Positions 1 to 9,890 of a DNA stretch of 64,000 bases are shown here, in pieces. The stretch comes from an uncultured virus (IMG/VR IMGVR_UViG_3300033562_000715) (Duplodnaviria > Heunggongvirae > Uroviricota > Caudoviricetes), in IMG/VR virus record IMGVR_UViG_3300033562_000715. One strand, written 5' to 3'. The translations under genes and the position numbers were made by a program. The notes under the pieces are model-generated. The model saw only the letters and a program-made list of their open reading frames with translations, did no database searches and was not told the origin of the DNA. Numbering within the stretch: position 1 is the stretch's first letter; the number at the start of each line of letters is the position of its first letter.

Positions 1-1
1 G

Positions 2-634
2 AATATTACAGCAGCTCAGTTCTCTACATACTTGCATACTATCAAACGAGATGCTTTAGCTAAAGTTGTAAAAGTATTAGATTTAGAAGAAGCTATTTCA
101 AATCAGAGACTATTGTATACAGGTTGTAAGCCATTAGAAAACTGGTCAATAAACACCTTAGTTTATGCTTTAAACAACTTCATTTGTAAGATAATTATCA
201 GAAAGAAAGACTTTACGTTATCTGCTATAACCTGTACTAATAACCAAGCATTGTTAATGGCAATGTATGGAGAAGATTACTTTTCAAAGTATGAAAGTAT
301 CGGTGTTAGGTTATCCTCTGCATTACAAGAGGCAAATACTTTGGGTAGGTCTTTAGAAGATGCTCTTAATGCATATGGCTTTAAAGACCTTGATCCATCT
401 GAATTAAGTTCTAGAGCTAATGCAATTCTTAGTGAAAACGTAAATGTTAGTAAAAGCGAAGCATATGAAGAAGCAATTTATGAGGCTTATGATGTAAAGA
501 AGAAAGCAAAGTCTGAATCTAACAATATTCTTGTAAGAACAGTAAATGCTTACTTAACGGGTAAAGGTTCTGAAGAGTATTACAGATCTGTAGATACTAA
601 CAAGATTGTAAGTGTTTTAGTATTTTCAAACTAG
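2..634 (+). CDS. Hypothetical protein, 5'-truncated by the window edge
   Basis: Frame is open from position 2 through the track's TTG at 32; no recognisable motif. Confidence 0.6.
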   Translation, partial: NITAAQFSTYLHTIKRDALAKVVKVLDLEEAISNQRLLYTGCKPLENWSINTLVYALNNFICKIIIRKKDFTLSAITCTNNQALLMAMYGEDYFSKYESIGVRLSSALQEANTLGRSLEDALNAYGFKDLDPSELSSRANAILSENVNVSKSEAYEEAIYEAYDVKKKAKSESNNILVRTVNAYLTGKGSEEYYRSVDTNKIVSVLVFSN

Positions 635-659
635 ATTTTATGTAACCAAGGGGGTAAAT

Positions 660-1940
660 ATGTTAGACGAATATAGACGGTATCTAACTAATGTAAGAAA
701 CAATTTAATACAATGTGGTGTAGAGTTTCCTATAAGCCCCCTTGAAGATTACAGAGACTTATTTAGAGTCGGAATTCAATTAGATGAAGTCCTATGGTTT
801 TATTCAATATTGTCAATAAGTGGTTCTGAGAATGCTCTGAAGGGGTATTTTATCCCATTAAGTGTATATTACAAAGAGCAAATGCGTCAAATGTTTTATA
901 AAGAGTTCTTAGAGTATGTAAAGGACTATAGAAAGCTAAGTGCTATGAACTATGAATTAGGTGGGGTAGACAACGAAATAGCTGTACCCAGCTTAAATGT
1001 AAGTATAGCTGAATCAGAAGTAGTAGATTTATTTGAAGATGTGGAAGAAGATGTAGAGAGTGTATTGCTAACCAATGAAGAAGATGGTATACTATTAGAA
1101 AGGGTAGATAGTTCTATTATATCTTTAGTACCCGAGGTTGAGGGTGAGATAACTCCTATTGAACCAGAAATACCAGTACATTCAACTACTTATACAAGTG
1201 GTTTAATGCTAGATGATTTAATAGAAGAAAACGAAAAATCAACTAGTGGTATTTTCTTGGATGAACTTGAGGATGAAGACTCTCAGGGTAGTGCCTTTGA
1301 AATAGAATATGAAGAGGATGAAGAGGATTCTACATTCGTAATAGAGTATGAGAATAAAGAAAATGAAAATGGTATAACATACTCAAAAAGTGGTTTATTC
1401 TTAGATGAACTTATTTTAGAAGAAGAAAATCAGGTAAGTTTTGATGACGAAGATGATGTAAATGAAGATATTGACGAGGATGAAGAAGAGGATGACATGG
1501 ATTATATATCTTCTTTATCAGATTTAGAAGAAACCTCAGAGTCGGAAGAACTATATGATGCAAATGGTTTTCTCATTGTGGAAGATGATGAAAATGAAAT
1601 AGCTGATGATGAAGATGAAGGTCAGTATGATGAAAATGGTTTTCTCATTGTAGAAGACGATGAGAACGAAGTAGTTGATGAATATGAAGGTCAATACGAC
1701 GAGAATGGTTTTTTAATTGTCGAAGATGATGAAGATGACATTTCAGACTGTGAAGAAGATGAACCATGGGTTACTGACTTAGAGGAAGAAATTATTCCTA
1801 AGCCTCAAAAAGTTGTACCTACTAAACAGGTAAAGACTGATAAAGACATATCTGACTTACTACAAGACTGGACAAACAATATACTTACAAAGGGTAAAAA
1901 GTCAATTTTGGGAAGTATTGGTAAGCTGAAAGATGAGTAG
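660..1940 (+). CDS. Highly acidic protein with repeated G[IL][FM]LD[ED] and YDxNGFLIVEDDE motifs
   Basis: 426 aa ORF with GGGGG RBS; D/E-rich C-terminal two thirds. Confidence 0.75.
   Translation: MLDEYRRYLTNVRNNLIQCGVEFPISPLEDYRDLFRVGIQLDEVLWFYSILSISGSENALKGYFIPLSVYYKEQMRQMFYKEFLEYVKDYRKLSAMNYELGGVDNEIAVPSLNVSIAESEVVDLFEDVEEDVESVLLTNEEDGILLERVDSSIISLVPEVEGEITPIEPEIPVHSTTYTSGLMLDDLIEENEKSTSGIFLDELEDEDSQGSAFEIEYEEDEEDSTFVIEYENKENENGITYSKSGLFLDELILEEENQVSFDDEDDVNEDIDEDEEEDDMDYISSLSDLEETSESEELYDANGFLIVEDDENEIADDEDEGQYDENGFLIVEDDENEVVDEYEGQYDENGFLIVEDDEDDISDCEEDEPWVTDLEEEIIPKPQKVVPTKQVKTDKDISDLLQDWTNNILTKGKKSILGSIGKLKDE
1554..1733 (+). repeat. Three imperfect coding repeats (YD[AE]NGFLIVEDDE), 72 and 69 nt apart
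   Basis: Units start at 1554, 1626 and 1695; in frame, with synonymous divergence. Confidence 0.85.
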
Positions 1941-2026
1941 TATAAATTTCAAATTGGATTCAATTTATGTTAAATACAATATATTTAACATCAAATAAAT
2001 ATAAAAGTCTAGAAAGGACGGAGTTT

Positions 2027-2974
2027 ATGTACAATTGTAAGAAAAAAGAGGAAATTTTAGATGCCTTTACAAAGGCAGCAAGAGAAAATGCAGAGAGAAA
2101 CTTATCAGATCTAAACATTGAAGCTTTTATGGAAAGCGGTAACACAGATGTTTTAAGAGAAGCCATTAGTAAGGTACAAGCTAACATAACGTCAGCAATG
2201 CCAGAGGGTATTCCAATCCCTAAAGCATCACTTTACACTTCCCCAATCTCAACAGATGGTAAAACAATCTCGATCATTAATTTATCAGTAACAAACAAAG
2301 TAAAAGGCAGCAAGAAATTCAAATTTGCTCATGTAATCAAGAAAGAACATGCAAAAGATACCTTAATTGATGTATTTTTAGCAGTGTATACTGAATTATT
2401 GGTAGATTACTTAGGTGAGCAGAATCTTATTCATGTAAATGAAGTATTGCAGGAAGCAACCAAAGAAGCAGGTCTTTCTTATGAAATTAAAGTAGTTACT
2501 TCATTGGGTAACGAAGGAAAGAAAGTTTCTTACCTTGGCGATGATGCAGTTATTTTTGTAGCTGATGAAGAAAGACTTTTTGATCTTGAAGATACGTTAG
2601 CTTTGCAGGAAGTAAGTGAATTCGTAACAGAAGAATTCATCACAGCAGCAAAGAAACAGTTAGTTGATGATTTAGCAGGAGCTCAAACAACGGTACAATT
2701 GATTGCCTTACATGGTGGCTTATTGGTTTCAAGTCTTTTAGATATCAATAAAAGGGTAAAACCAATGACAATCATTAAAAAGGTTACTAACCGTAATGTA
2801 GAGAACCTTAACGGTAACAAAGATGCAATTGCATATTATGCAAAAGAAAATGTATTCTCGATCGTTGCAAAACGTGAAGACGGCTTTGAGGTATTATTAT
2901 CTCCATTTGATATCGAAACTTTAAGAAAAGTTGATGTTGATGTTATTGCAGAGATTAGTAAGATCGCTAAATAA
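2027..2974 (+). CDS. Hypothetical protein (track start 1967; ATG 2027 has the better RBS)
   Basis: GAAAGGA upstream of ATG 2027; followed by a terminator. Confidence 0.7.
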   Translation: MYNCKKKEEILDAFTKAARENAERNLSDLNIEAFMESGNTDVLREAISKVQANITSAMPEGIPIPKASLYTSPISTDGKTISIINLSVTNKVKGSKKFKFAHVIKKEHAKDTLIDVFLAVYTELLVDYLGEQNLIHVNEVLQEATKEAGLSYEIKVVTSLGNEGKKVSYLGDDAVIFVADEERLFDLEDTLALQEVSEFVTEEFITAAKKQLVDDLAGAQTTVQLIALHGGLLVSSLLDINKRVKPMTIIKKVTNRNVENLNGNKDAIAYYAKENVFSIVAKREDGFEVLLSPFDIETLRKVDVDVIAEISKIAK

Positions 2975-3015
2975 GAGAATCTAGCAGCTGATAGTAAACA
3001 TAGTTAGTAGAAATT

Positions 3016-3046
3016 AAAGGGGTTGCCATTGGGTAACCTCTTTTTC
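3016..3046 (+). terminator. Rho-independent terminator
   Basis: aaaggggttgcc-att-g-ggtaacctcttt stem followed by a T-run. Confidence 0.7.
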
Positions 3047-3065
3047 TTACAGGAGGTAAGTTAAT

Positions 3066-3791
3066 ATGTATGAAGAACAAAATGAAACTTCAAGCAATGA
3101 AAAAGTAAATGAAATGGAGGAAGTAAAGCCAGTGAAGTTAAGTAAAAAGACCACTGGGATTGTATTGATTGCTTTTCTTTTAATCCTATTACTGGTCATC
3201 TGTACAATTAAGGGTTGCTCGATTAGTAAAGAACCAGTCAAAATTGCAAATACTGAAACCACTACTAAACCAAAGGTTCAACAAACAACTCCAAAAACTG
3301 GAGATGTTGATGCAAATAATTCGGAAAATGTACCCAATAATTCGAGTACGAGTGTTGCTACTCCTAATGGCAACAACTCAACGAATACAGGAAGTAATAA
3401 TCAAGGAACTAGTCAACCACAGGTTCAAACTCCAATTCAGCAACAGAACCCAGTACCTAATCAACAACAAACTCAGGTTCCTAATCAAACTACTACTCAA
3501 CAACCAGTACAGGTTAATTCTAATACCTTACAGAAGGTAGATGAAAATGTAGTACTAAGTAACAAACTAACTGCAACGGGTATAGTAACTTCAAAGTCTA
3601 TATACATGAAAGAAACAGCTTACCTTTATGAAGTGGGTATTGTTGTAGTAACGGGTAATGGCACTAGTACGGTTTGTAAATATTATTGTCCAAGAAATTC
3701 TTATGACGCAGTTTCAATGGGTACTTCTCTATCCGTAACTTATCAGTTGGACGGTAATGGTAATATTAGTATAAATACAATCTCTAAGTAG
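3066..3791 (+). CDS. Single-TM protein with Q/T/N/P-rich linker and C-terminal beta (OB-like) domain
   Basis: Hydrophobic segment GIVLIAFLLILLLVIC, low-complexity linker, beta-rich C-terminus. Confidence 0.65.
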   Translation: MYEEQNETSSNEKVNEMEEVKPVKLSKKTTGIVLIAFLLILLLVICTIKGCSISKEPVKIANTETTTKPKVQQTTPKTGDVDANNSENVPNNSSTSVATPNGNNSTNTGSNNQGTSQPQVQTPIQQQNPVPNQQQTQVPNQTTTQQPVQVNSNTLQKVDENVVLSNKLTATGIVTSKSIYMKETAYLYEVGIVVVTGNGTSTVCKYYCPRNSYDAVSMGTSLSVTYQLDGNGNISINTISK

Positions 3792-3991
3792 TTTTTCTAT
3801 AAAGGGTATTGGATTTGAGATGCGTCTGTTAAGAATGCCCTTTGCGTGTGTACTTGTGGGGAAATTCTTTTGTTCGTGGCTATTTTTACCCGATTTTGAC
3901 TATATCTCTTGTGCACTTTGTACAATTTGTTTAGTGATTTTTGGTTAATATGGCGAATCGTTATTTTATCGGTTTTTCTTGTATTTTTGAG

Positions 3992-4020
3992 TTGCAGTTT
4001 CAGTTTGTATCTGTTAATAT
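3992..4020 (+). promoter_or_regulatory. sigmaA-type promoter with extended -10
   Basis: TTGCAG-17 nt-TAATAT with TG at -15/-14, upstream of ORF 4095. Confidence 0.6.
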
Positions 4021-4094
4021 GTATTCAAGAAGCAAGGGGACGGCAATAGTGCTACTCCACTTCAAAAATAAAAATTCCTAAGGAGGAAAAGATT

Positions 4095-4892
4095 ATGGCA
4101 TTACAACTACAGAAAGACCAACAGCCAGCAGCTCCAGTAGCAGCAAAGGCAGAAGCTACAGCTAAAGCAAAAGAAAATGTGAAGGCTGAAATGCCAGTGA
4201 ACGACGAAGGTGTTAAAGAATTCGGACAATTAGCTGACAAACTTGAGTTTTTAAACTGTTTAGGTGACCCATCGAATGATGACGTTACAGGCGACAGAAA
4301 AGACCCTACCATCGTAGGATACCGTTTCAAAGCATTGGTAGATATGTCAGTACCTCAAGTTGCACCAGGTGTTGATTTCAAGAAAAACCTTATGTCTTAT
4401 GATTTGGAAGAATTGAAAGCTTCAAAAGAACTTAAAGTAAAAGCTGGTCAAACAATTGACTTAACCAAATTTGAAACAGGTCTATTACTTTCCAGACCAG
4501 AATTCAATGGTAGAGTACTTGGTGGTAAAACTCCAGTTACATGTTCTTACACAATCAAAGGTGTTAAAGATTCTTCAGGTAAACTTTTATCAACAACTGA
4601 AGCTACTTCAGTTCCAAGTATCTCTTTAAGAGGACTTACAGGTTCTGTTAAAGACGTTAAGTTTATCGATGTTCTTACATTCGAAAAAACTAAAAACGCA
4701 GCAGGAGCTACTCGTAAAATTAGAACTATCGTAGCAGGATTCGAAAAATGGATCGCATTGACAAAAGATGCAGTAAGAGTTCCAGGAGCAGTTAAAGGTG
4801 GAGTTAGTGCAGCAGAAGACCACAAAACAACTCGTAACCAAAACGCTCAAGCTTTCTTACAGATCGTTAACAGCAAAAAGGCAACTAAATAA
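4095..4892 (+). CDS. Hypothetical protein, probably highly expressed and monocistronic
   Basis: Strong AAGGAGG RBS, own promoter and terminator, frequent TTC/ATC/AAC/CGT codons. Confidence 0.8.
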   Translation: MALQLQKDQQPAAPVAAKAEATAKAKENVKAEMPVNDEGVKEFGQLADKLEFLNCLGDPSNDDVTGDRKDPTIVGYRFKALVDMSVPQVAPGVDFKKNLMSYDLEELKASKELKVKAGQTIDLTKFETGLLLSRPEFNGRVLGGKTPVTCSYTIKGVKDSSGKLLSTTEATSVPSISLRGLTGSVKDVKFIDVLTFEKTKNAAGATRKIRTIVAGFEKWIALTKDAVRVPGAVKGGVSAAEDHKTTRNQNAQAFLQIVNSKKATK

Positions 4893-4913
4893 TCGTAAAG
4901 ATTATAAGATTGC

Positions 4914-4945
4914 AAAGGATTGGTACTTGGTACCAGTCCTTTTTT
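4914..4945 (+). terminator. Rho-independent terminator
   Basis: aaaggattggtac-ttg-gtaccagtccttt followed by a T-run. Confidence 0.8.
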
Positions 4946-5044
4946 GCATATATTACTTAGTGGGTAGGTACTCTGTGGAGTATCTACTCATTTTTTGTAC
5001 TTAAGGTAGAGTATAGTAATTATAATAAGGAGTGTAATGAATAT

Positions 5045-6349
5045 ATGCAGGAATATACTGAAGAGTTTGGTTTTGCAAGAAAATATAGAACCACAGATTT
5101 TAATGGTTATGTGGGTAATGTAGATGTAGTAGAAACAGTAAAAAATTATTTGAGGCGAAGTAGACCTCAGAGCTATTTAATGTCTGGAAGTAGTGGTTGT
5201 GGTAAAACAACAATAGCGAGGATAATAGCAAGAGAATATAACTGTGAAAACAGAGACCCTGAGCACGGAGCATGTGGTATGTGTTCAAGTTGTTTAGCTT
5301 TTGATGACTATATAAGAACTGGGGTAGATGAAAATTTACCAGATGTATATGAGATAGATGCGTCTGACTCTTCGGGTAAAAAAGACATAGATATCATCTT
5401 ATCTTCCTTAGAATTTCCACCAATAAATGGAGACTGGAAAGTATATATCATAGATGAAGTGCACCTCTTATCTAAAGCAGCAATGGGTAGACTATTAAAG
5501 TCTTTAGAAGAACCACCAGCAGGAGTACTATTCATGCTATGTACAACAGACCCTGAGGATCTTTTAGATACTATTAAAAATCGTTGTCAGGTAAAATTAC
5601 AGATAACTAAACCACCAACAAGAGAACTTATGGACTTTCTTCAAAAAATATGTTTAGCTGAGGATAAGAACTATGATTTAGCAGGTTTAAGAATGATAAC
5701 AGCTATTTCAGACAATGTTGTAAGAGATTCCCTAAACAATATTGAAAGGGTATTAGCTACAAAAGGAGACGCAACTGCTAAGAGTGTAAGTGAAGAGTTT
5801 AGACAAGTATCTGATAAAATAATCTTTGAATTTTATCGAGCTTATCAGGAAGAGGATTATGTAACTTATTTAAATGTACTCTATAGAATCAAGATGACAT
5901 TTAACTTCGGTCAGTTCATTACTACTTTAACATCATTTACCACTAGGGGTATATACATTCTTAATAGTGTAGACGTAGAAGGTCTATCTATAGAAGAGTT
6001 AAGACTGTATAAAGAACTATTTTTAAAATTTACCCCACAGGAACTAAGTTCTGTGTTAAGTAAAATAAAGTCTTTGTCTAAAGGAGATATTGAAGCAAAT
6101 TTAATGGCTTTCATATACTGTAAAGACATACCTCAAAACTCTTCAACCGTTTTATCTGTAGATGCTATAAATACTTCTTCTGTTTCTTTAGACGATGAGA
6201 GGTTATTACGGAATAGTAACCTAAAGATATTAGAAACATCTAAGTTACAAGAAGGTACGAGTTCCCTTAAGTCAGAAATGGAAGAAATAACATTATCATC
6301 TGAATTAGGAGGCTTGTTTACAATTGAAATGGTAAAAAAAATTAAATGA
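5045..6349 (+). CDS. dnaX: DNA polymerase III gamma/tau-like clamp-loader subunit
   Basis: N-terminal ARKYR, Walker A GSSGCGKTT, Cys Zn module (NC..CGMCSSC), Walker B IIDEVH, LKSLEEPP, NRC in place of SRC. Confidence 0.9.
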   Translation: MQEYTEEFGFARKYRTTDFNGYVGNVDVVETVKNYLRRSRPQSYLMSGSSGCGKTTIARIIAREYNCENRDPEHGACGMCSSCLAFDDYIRTGVDENLPDVYEIDASDSSGKKDIDIILSSLEFPPINGDWKVYIIDEVHLLSKAAMGRLLKSLEEPPAGVLFMLCTTDPEDLLDTIKNRCQVKLQITKPPTRELMDFLQKICLAEDKNYDLAGLRMITAISDNVVRDSLNNIERVLATKGDATAKSVSEEFRQVSDKIIFEFYRAYQEEDYVTYLNVLYRIKMTFNFGQFITTLTSFTTRGIYILNSVDVEGLSIEELRLYKELFLKFTPQELSSVLSKIKSLSKGDIEANLMAFIYCKDIPQNSSTVLSVDAINTSSVSLDDERLLRNSNLKILETSKLQEGTSSLKSEMEEITLSSELGGLFTIEMVKKIK

Positions 6350-7170
6350 GGAGGAAAAGCTATATGAAACTTAAAACAAGAAAATTTTTAATGGGTTACA
6401 TTCTAAGTATATGCTTTGTAATGATTTTTTCGGTAAACGTTAAGGCATCAGACTTAGAGGATAACTTGCAGGTACAACCCAATACTACTCAGGGAGTAAA
6501 TGAGAAAGGGTATTCAAAAGACAGTGAAGATGCAGCTAACTGGATTAAGAATCAACAAGGTGTTACAGGTGAACAGATTGCTAGAGCAGGAGAAACACTA
6601 TCTCCGTTAAAATCAGCAATTGGTTATGTTGTAGGTGGAGCATTTGTAGTTGTGTTTTTAGCAGTGTTCGTTATAACAGCAGCAGATTTCATTTTCTTTG
6701 TTGTACCACCTTTCCGTACATTCTTTTATAAACCTAGTGCAGAGAACTCTCAAGGGAACTATGGTGGGGGTAATAGTGGATACGGTGGTGGAGGCTATGG
6801 TGGAGGCTATGGTGGTGGAGGCTATGGTGGTGGAGGCTATGGTGGTGGAGGCTATGGTGGTAACGGTGGTCAACAACAATCAAATGTTGATGCTCCAAAC
6901 CCACGTCAATGGATTTCAGACGAGGCAGTTGCGTGTGCAACTTTATTTGGTATTATTGGCACACAACAACAGTCTAATGGCAATGATGTCCAACGACCAA
7001 CTAATAAGTCAGTATTAGCAGTATACTTTAAGAAGAGAGTATTTTTCATGGTACTTTTAGCATTCTCAGCTCTTATCCTAACTAGTTCATTGCTATTGGG
7101 TACAGGTGTTAACTTAGCATTATGGGGTTTAAAGATTCTTAATGTTGTAAATGGGTATATTCCATTTTAA
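6346..7170 (+). CDS. Exported membrane protein, pilin-like paralog 1, with GGGGY insert
   Basis: Signal peptide (VKA), TM helices, D..F/Y...P and Y..[KR]R motifs shared with ORFs 8774 and 9891. Confidence 0.7.
   Translation: MRRKSYMKLKTRKFLMGYILSICFVMIFSVNVKASDLEDNLQVQPNTTQGVNEKGYSKDSEDAANWIKNQQGVTGEQIARAGETLSPLKSAIGYVVGGAFVVVFLAVFVITAADFIFFVVPPFRTFFYKPSAENSQGNYGGGNSGYGGGGYGGGYGGGGYGGGGYGGGGYGGNGGQQQSNVDAPNPRQWISDEAVACATLFGIIGTQQQSNGNDVQRPTNKSVLAVYFKKRVFFMVLLAFSALILTSSLLLGTGVNLALWGLKILNVVNGYIPF
6784..6861 (+). repeat. Tandem 15-nt coding repeat GGTGGTGGAGGCTAT (GGGGY)
   Basis: About five near-identical adjacent copies, one of them a codon shorter. Confidence 0.9.
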
Positions 7171-7190
7171 TGTGATAAGGTGGTGAGGAA

Positions 7191-7475
7191 TTGGGTGAAA
7201 TAATGGAGTACCTGAAAGAAAGGTACACAAAAAATCACAACTCAAACACTCGTGACCTAATGAATAAACAACGTGTAAAAAATGCAATCACTAAACTCTG
7301 TGAGGAACATATCAAAGAGTCTGAAGATGAATTAACTTTTGAGGTTCTTCCTAATGAATTAACCTATGCAGTAGAGGTAATCATGGAAGAACCTTTGCAT
7401 TCTAACTACATTATAAATCAGGTAACTGAGTCACTATTCATTGCAAGGCTACGAGAAGTAGACATTGGGTTGTAA
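7191..7475 (+). CDS. Hypothetical protein
   Basis: 94 aa ORF packed into the operon. Confidence 0.6.
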   Translation: MGEIMEYLKERYTKNHNSNTRDLMNKQRVKNAITKLCEEHIKESEDELTFEVLPNELTYAVEVIMEEPLHSNYIINQVTESLFIARLREVDIGL

Positions 7476-7481
7476 GAAAGG

Positions 7482-7961
7482 TTGGTACTATTTATGGAAA
7501 CAGTTTTTAAAGTAGAACAAGTGGAACAAATAAGCAAAAAACTAAATATCCCTAAGGTAACTATCGAACTTATAATAACAAATTATGTAAATTATTTAAG
7601 GGAAAAACTAGATGGAGGAGAGACTGTAAAGTTTTTAAATGTATGCTATTTAAGACGTCAAAATACTGGCTCAGATGTATCTCTGCATGAAACAACAGCT
7701 TATATAGCAACAGAAGTTGCTAACAGGATAAGCCTGAGTTCTATCTTAGTACAGAGGGTATTTCAAGAATATGAAGAAACCTTAATAAAAGACTTGAAAA
7801 AATTCTATAGTTATAGCATTAGGGGTATTATTCGTATCAAGTTAGAAAAGAACTATCGTGGAGAGTATAAAGTAAGAACAAAGAAATCAACTGTTTATAA
7901 TGGAACAGATGTATATGTGACAACATCAGGTAGTTTTAAACGGAAAGCAGAGGTTCTATAA
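7482..7961 (+). CDS. Tandem (two-domain) HU/IHF-like DNA-binding protein
   Basis: Two HU-like helix-turn-helix-beta units: EQISKKLNIPKVTIELII...KLDGGETVKF and EVANRISLSSILVQRVF...DLKKFYSYSIRGI. Confidence 0.55.
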   Translation: MVLFMETVFKVEQVEQISKKLNIPKVTIELIITNYVNYLREKLDGGETVKFLNVCYLRRQNTGSDVSLHETTAYIATEVANRISLSSILVQRVFQEYEETLIKDLKKFYSYSIRGIIRIKLEKNYRGEYKVRTKKSTVYNGTDVYVTTSGSFKRKAEVL

Positions 7962-8671
7962 TGACAGGAAAGACACATAGAATAGGTGGAATGCTCTGTT
8001 GTTTAGCAGGGTTTTCCCTATTAGAAAACAAGGGTATACTTATACAGGGGGTAAACCCAATAAGTCAACTTGTAGTAATGTATCCATTTTCAATCTTTGG
8101 AGCAATTGTATCAGACCAAGACCATCATTTTGAGAGTGCTCCAGCTAAAGACCTAGTAGGGTATGGTATAAACAAGGTATTACACCTTACAACACCTTTA
8201 AGGAAGAAGAAAGAAAAGTTAAAAGAAGAACACCATATAGGTTCGGGTAAGTTAAACCCCGTTTTATCAGTGTTTGATGCTAAGCATAGAAGTTGGCAAA
8301 CTCACTCAGATTTATTCTTATTGATCTTTATGTATTTATCATGGTTTTTAATGTTTAGAAAGATTACTGTAACAGCTGATGATGTTATTTTAAGACTAGT
8401 AACTGTAGGTCTTTCAATTGGTGTTTTAAGTCATATGATTTTAGACTTAATAACTCCTGAAGGTCTTTGGAGTTTTATAAAGATTGCACTAAATAAGCTA
8501 TTTGGGTTAAAGCTAAGGAATCATATTAGTTTAGTACCAAACTTAAAGTTCTTTGCTACAGGTGGAAAATGGGAAAAATTGATACAGAAGACCATGTGGT
8601 TGGTTTGTTTTATTTTAGTTGCTCGACTAATCTATATCTATTCTCCATACAAAATAAACTTTAATTTCTAA
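7961..8671 (+). CDS. Membrane-bound metal-dependent hydrolase (YdjM-like)
   Basis: MTGKTH, DxDH, HR..THS and SH..LD motifs plus TM helices. Confidence 0.8.
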   Translation: MTGKTHRIGGMLCCLAGFSLLENKGILIQGVNPISQLVVMYPFSIFGAIVSDQDHHFESAPAKDLVGYGINKVLHLTTPLRKKKEKLKEEHHIGSGKLNPVLSVFDAKHRSWQTHSDLFLLIFMYLSWFLMFRKITVTADDVILRLVTVGLSIGVLSHMILDLITPEGLWSFIKIALNKLFGLKLRNHISLVPNLKFFATGGKWEKLIQKTMWLVCFILVARLIYIYSPYKINFNF

Positions 8672-8686
8672 TATTGTAATATAAAC

Positions 8687-8715
8687 TTGAAGAATATTAT
8701 ATATGTATATATGAT
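8687..8715 (+). promoter_or_regulatory. Putative sigmaA promoter
   Basis: TTGAAG-17 nt-TATGAT upstream of ORF 8774. Confidence 0.45.
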
Positions 8716-8773
8716 ACAAATACGTTTTCTCTCCTGAAGAGTAAATGATTGTTGTATTAATAATACTAAGGAG

Positions 8774-9664
8774 GTGTTTCATATGAAACTAATATACATG
8801 TACAGAGATAAGAGTGCAAAGCTTACTGTAACTTGTATTTTGCTCTGTTTAATGCTATGTGCTATGTTCTCCATTAGTGCTAATGCAGCAACAGGAGCTA
8901 CAACCACAGAACAGGCTCAAAAGAACTTAACAACTTATGTACAAAGTAAGATGATGGGTAACACGTATGAATTAGAAGGTGGTGGGTACATTGCAGGTTC
9001 AGCTTTATTTGAGGGTAATGCTACTAATGGTTATGACTTAAATGAATCTACCTTTGGTACTTTATCAAAGAAGGCTCAAACATCTGCAGTTATGGATATT
9101 TCAAACTTCTCTAAAGAAGCAGCAGAACCTAATGCTAGTGGTACAGGAGCCGTAGCTACAGGGGTATCAAATCAAACTGTAACCTCATGGTGGAAACAAC
9201 TTCAACAAAAGAATGGTGTTGGCAGTAGATTCTTACAAACAGCTTTAGATGGAACAAAACCAGATTTTGTAACAGCTGGTCAGATATGGCAACCTTTTAA
9301 TGGAATGATAGGTACAGCTTTAGGCATAATGTCTATTGCTATCCTTGGATTGTTAGGCTTAGTACTTGCAGCAGATATCTGTTATGCAGTATTACCACCA
9401 GTGCGTTCATTCGTAGCTGATGATGGGGCAGTTGGTAAGATACCAGTGTCTCATATATTCTCTCATGATATGATTTATGCAGTTAAGTCTGCAGAACAAG
9501 AATCAGGAGATGGAAAGCCTAGACATGTATTGGGTATCTATCTTGGGAGAAGGATTTGGATGATGGTACTATTAGGAATATGCCTATTATATTTAGTATC
9601 TGGACAACTATACATTGGAGTTGGGTATATAATCGACTTATTATCAGGTTTCTTAGGTTTCTAG
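8774..9664 (+). CDS. Exported membrane protein, pilin-like paralog 2
   Basis: Signal peptide (ANA); C-terminal LAADICYAVLPP and IYLGRRIWMMVLLG; AAGGAG RBS upstream. Confidence 0.75.
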   Translation: MFHMKLIYMYRDKSAKLTVTCILLCLMLCAMFSISANAATGATTTEQAQKNLTTYVQSKMMGNTYELEGGGYIAGSALFEGNATNGYDLNESTFGTLSKKAQTSAVMDISNFSKEAAEPNASGTGAVATGVSNQTVTSWWKQLQQKNGVGSRFLQTALDGTKPDFVTAGQIWQPFNGMIGTALGIMSIAILGLLGLVLAADICYAVLPPVRSFVADDGAVGKIPVSHIFSHDMIYAVKSAEQESGDGKPRHVLGIYLGRRIWMMVLLGICLLYLVSGQLYIGVGYIIDLLSGFLGF

Positions 9665-9719
9665 AACCTTTAGAACTACTATAGCATTGTTATAAGAACT
9701 TAAAGTAATCTTTTATTTT

Positions 9720-9754
9720 ATGGTGGTTATACTTAGTATAATCACCATATTTTT
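9720..9754 (+). terminator. Putative terminator
   Basis: atggtggttatac-tta-gtataatcaccat stem followed by a T-run. Confidence 0.6.
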
Positions 9755-9890
9755 ATGTAAAAGAAAGGGTATACTTAAAGTATAATATACTGTATTTTTG
9801 TTCACATCCTTTAGTATAGTGCAAACTCTAATGGTAATGTATCAAAATTATGTAAAATTTAAAGAATATAAATTAAAAAGAGGTGGTATT

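Noticed and set aside
1554..1733. Regularly spaced ~39-nt repeats resembling a CRISPR array
   Set aside because: In-frame coding repeats with synonymous changes, non-palindromic, and no cas genes nearby.
6658..7018. His-rich, STTIA and VVEAM repeat ORFs
   Set aside because: Alternative-frame readings of the GGGGY coding repeat.
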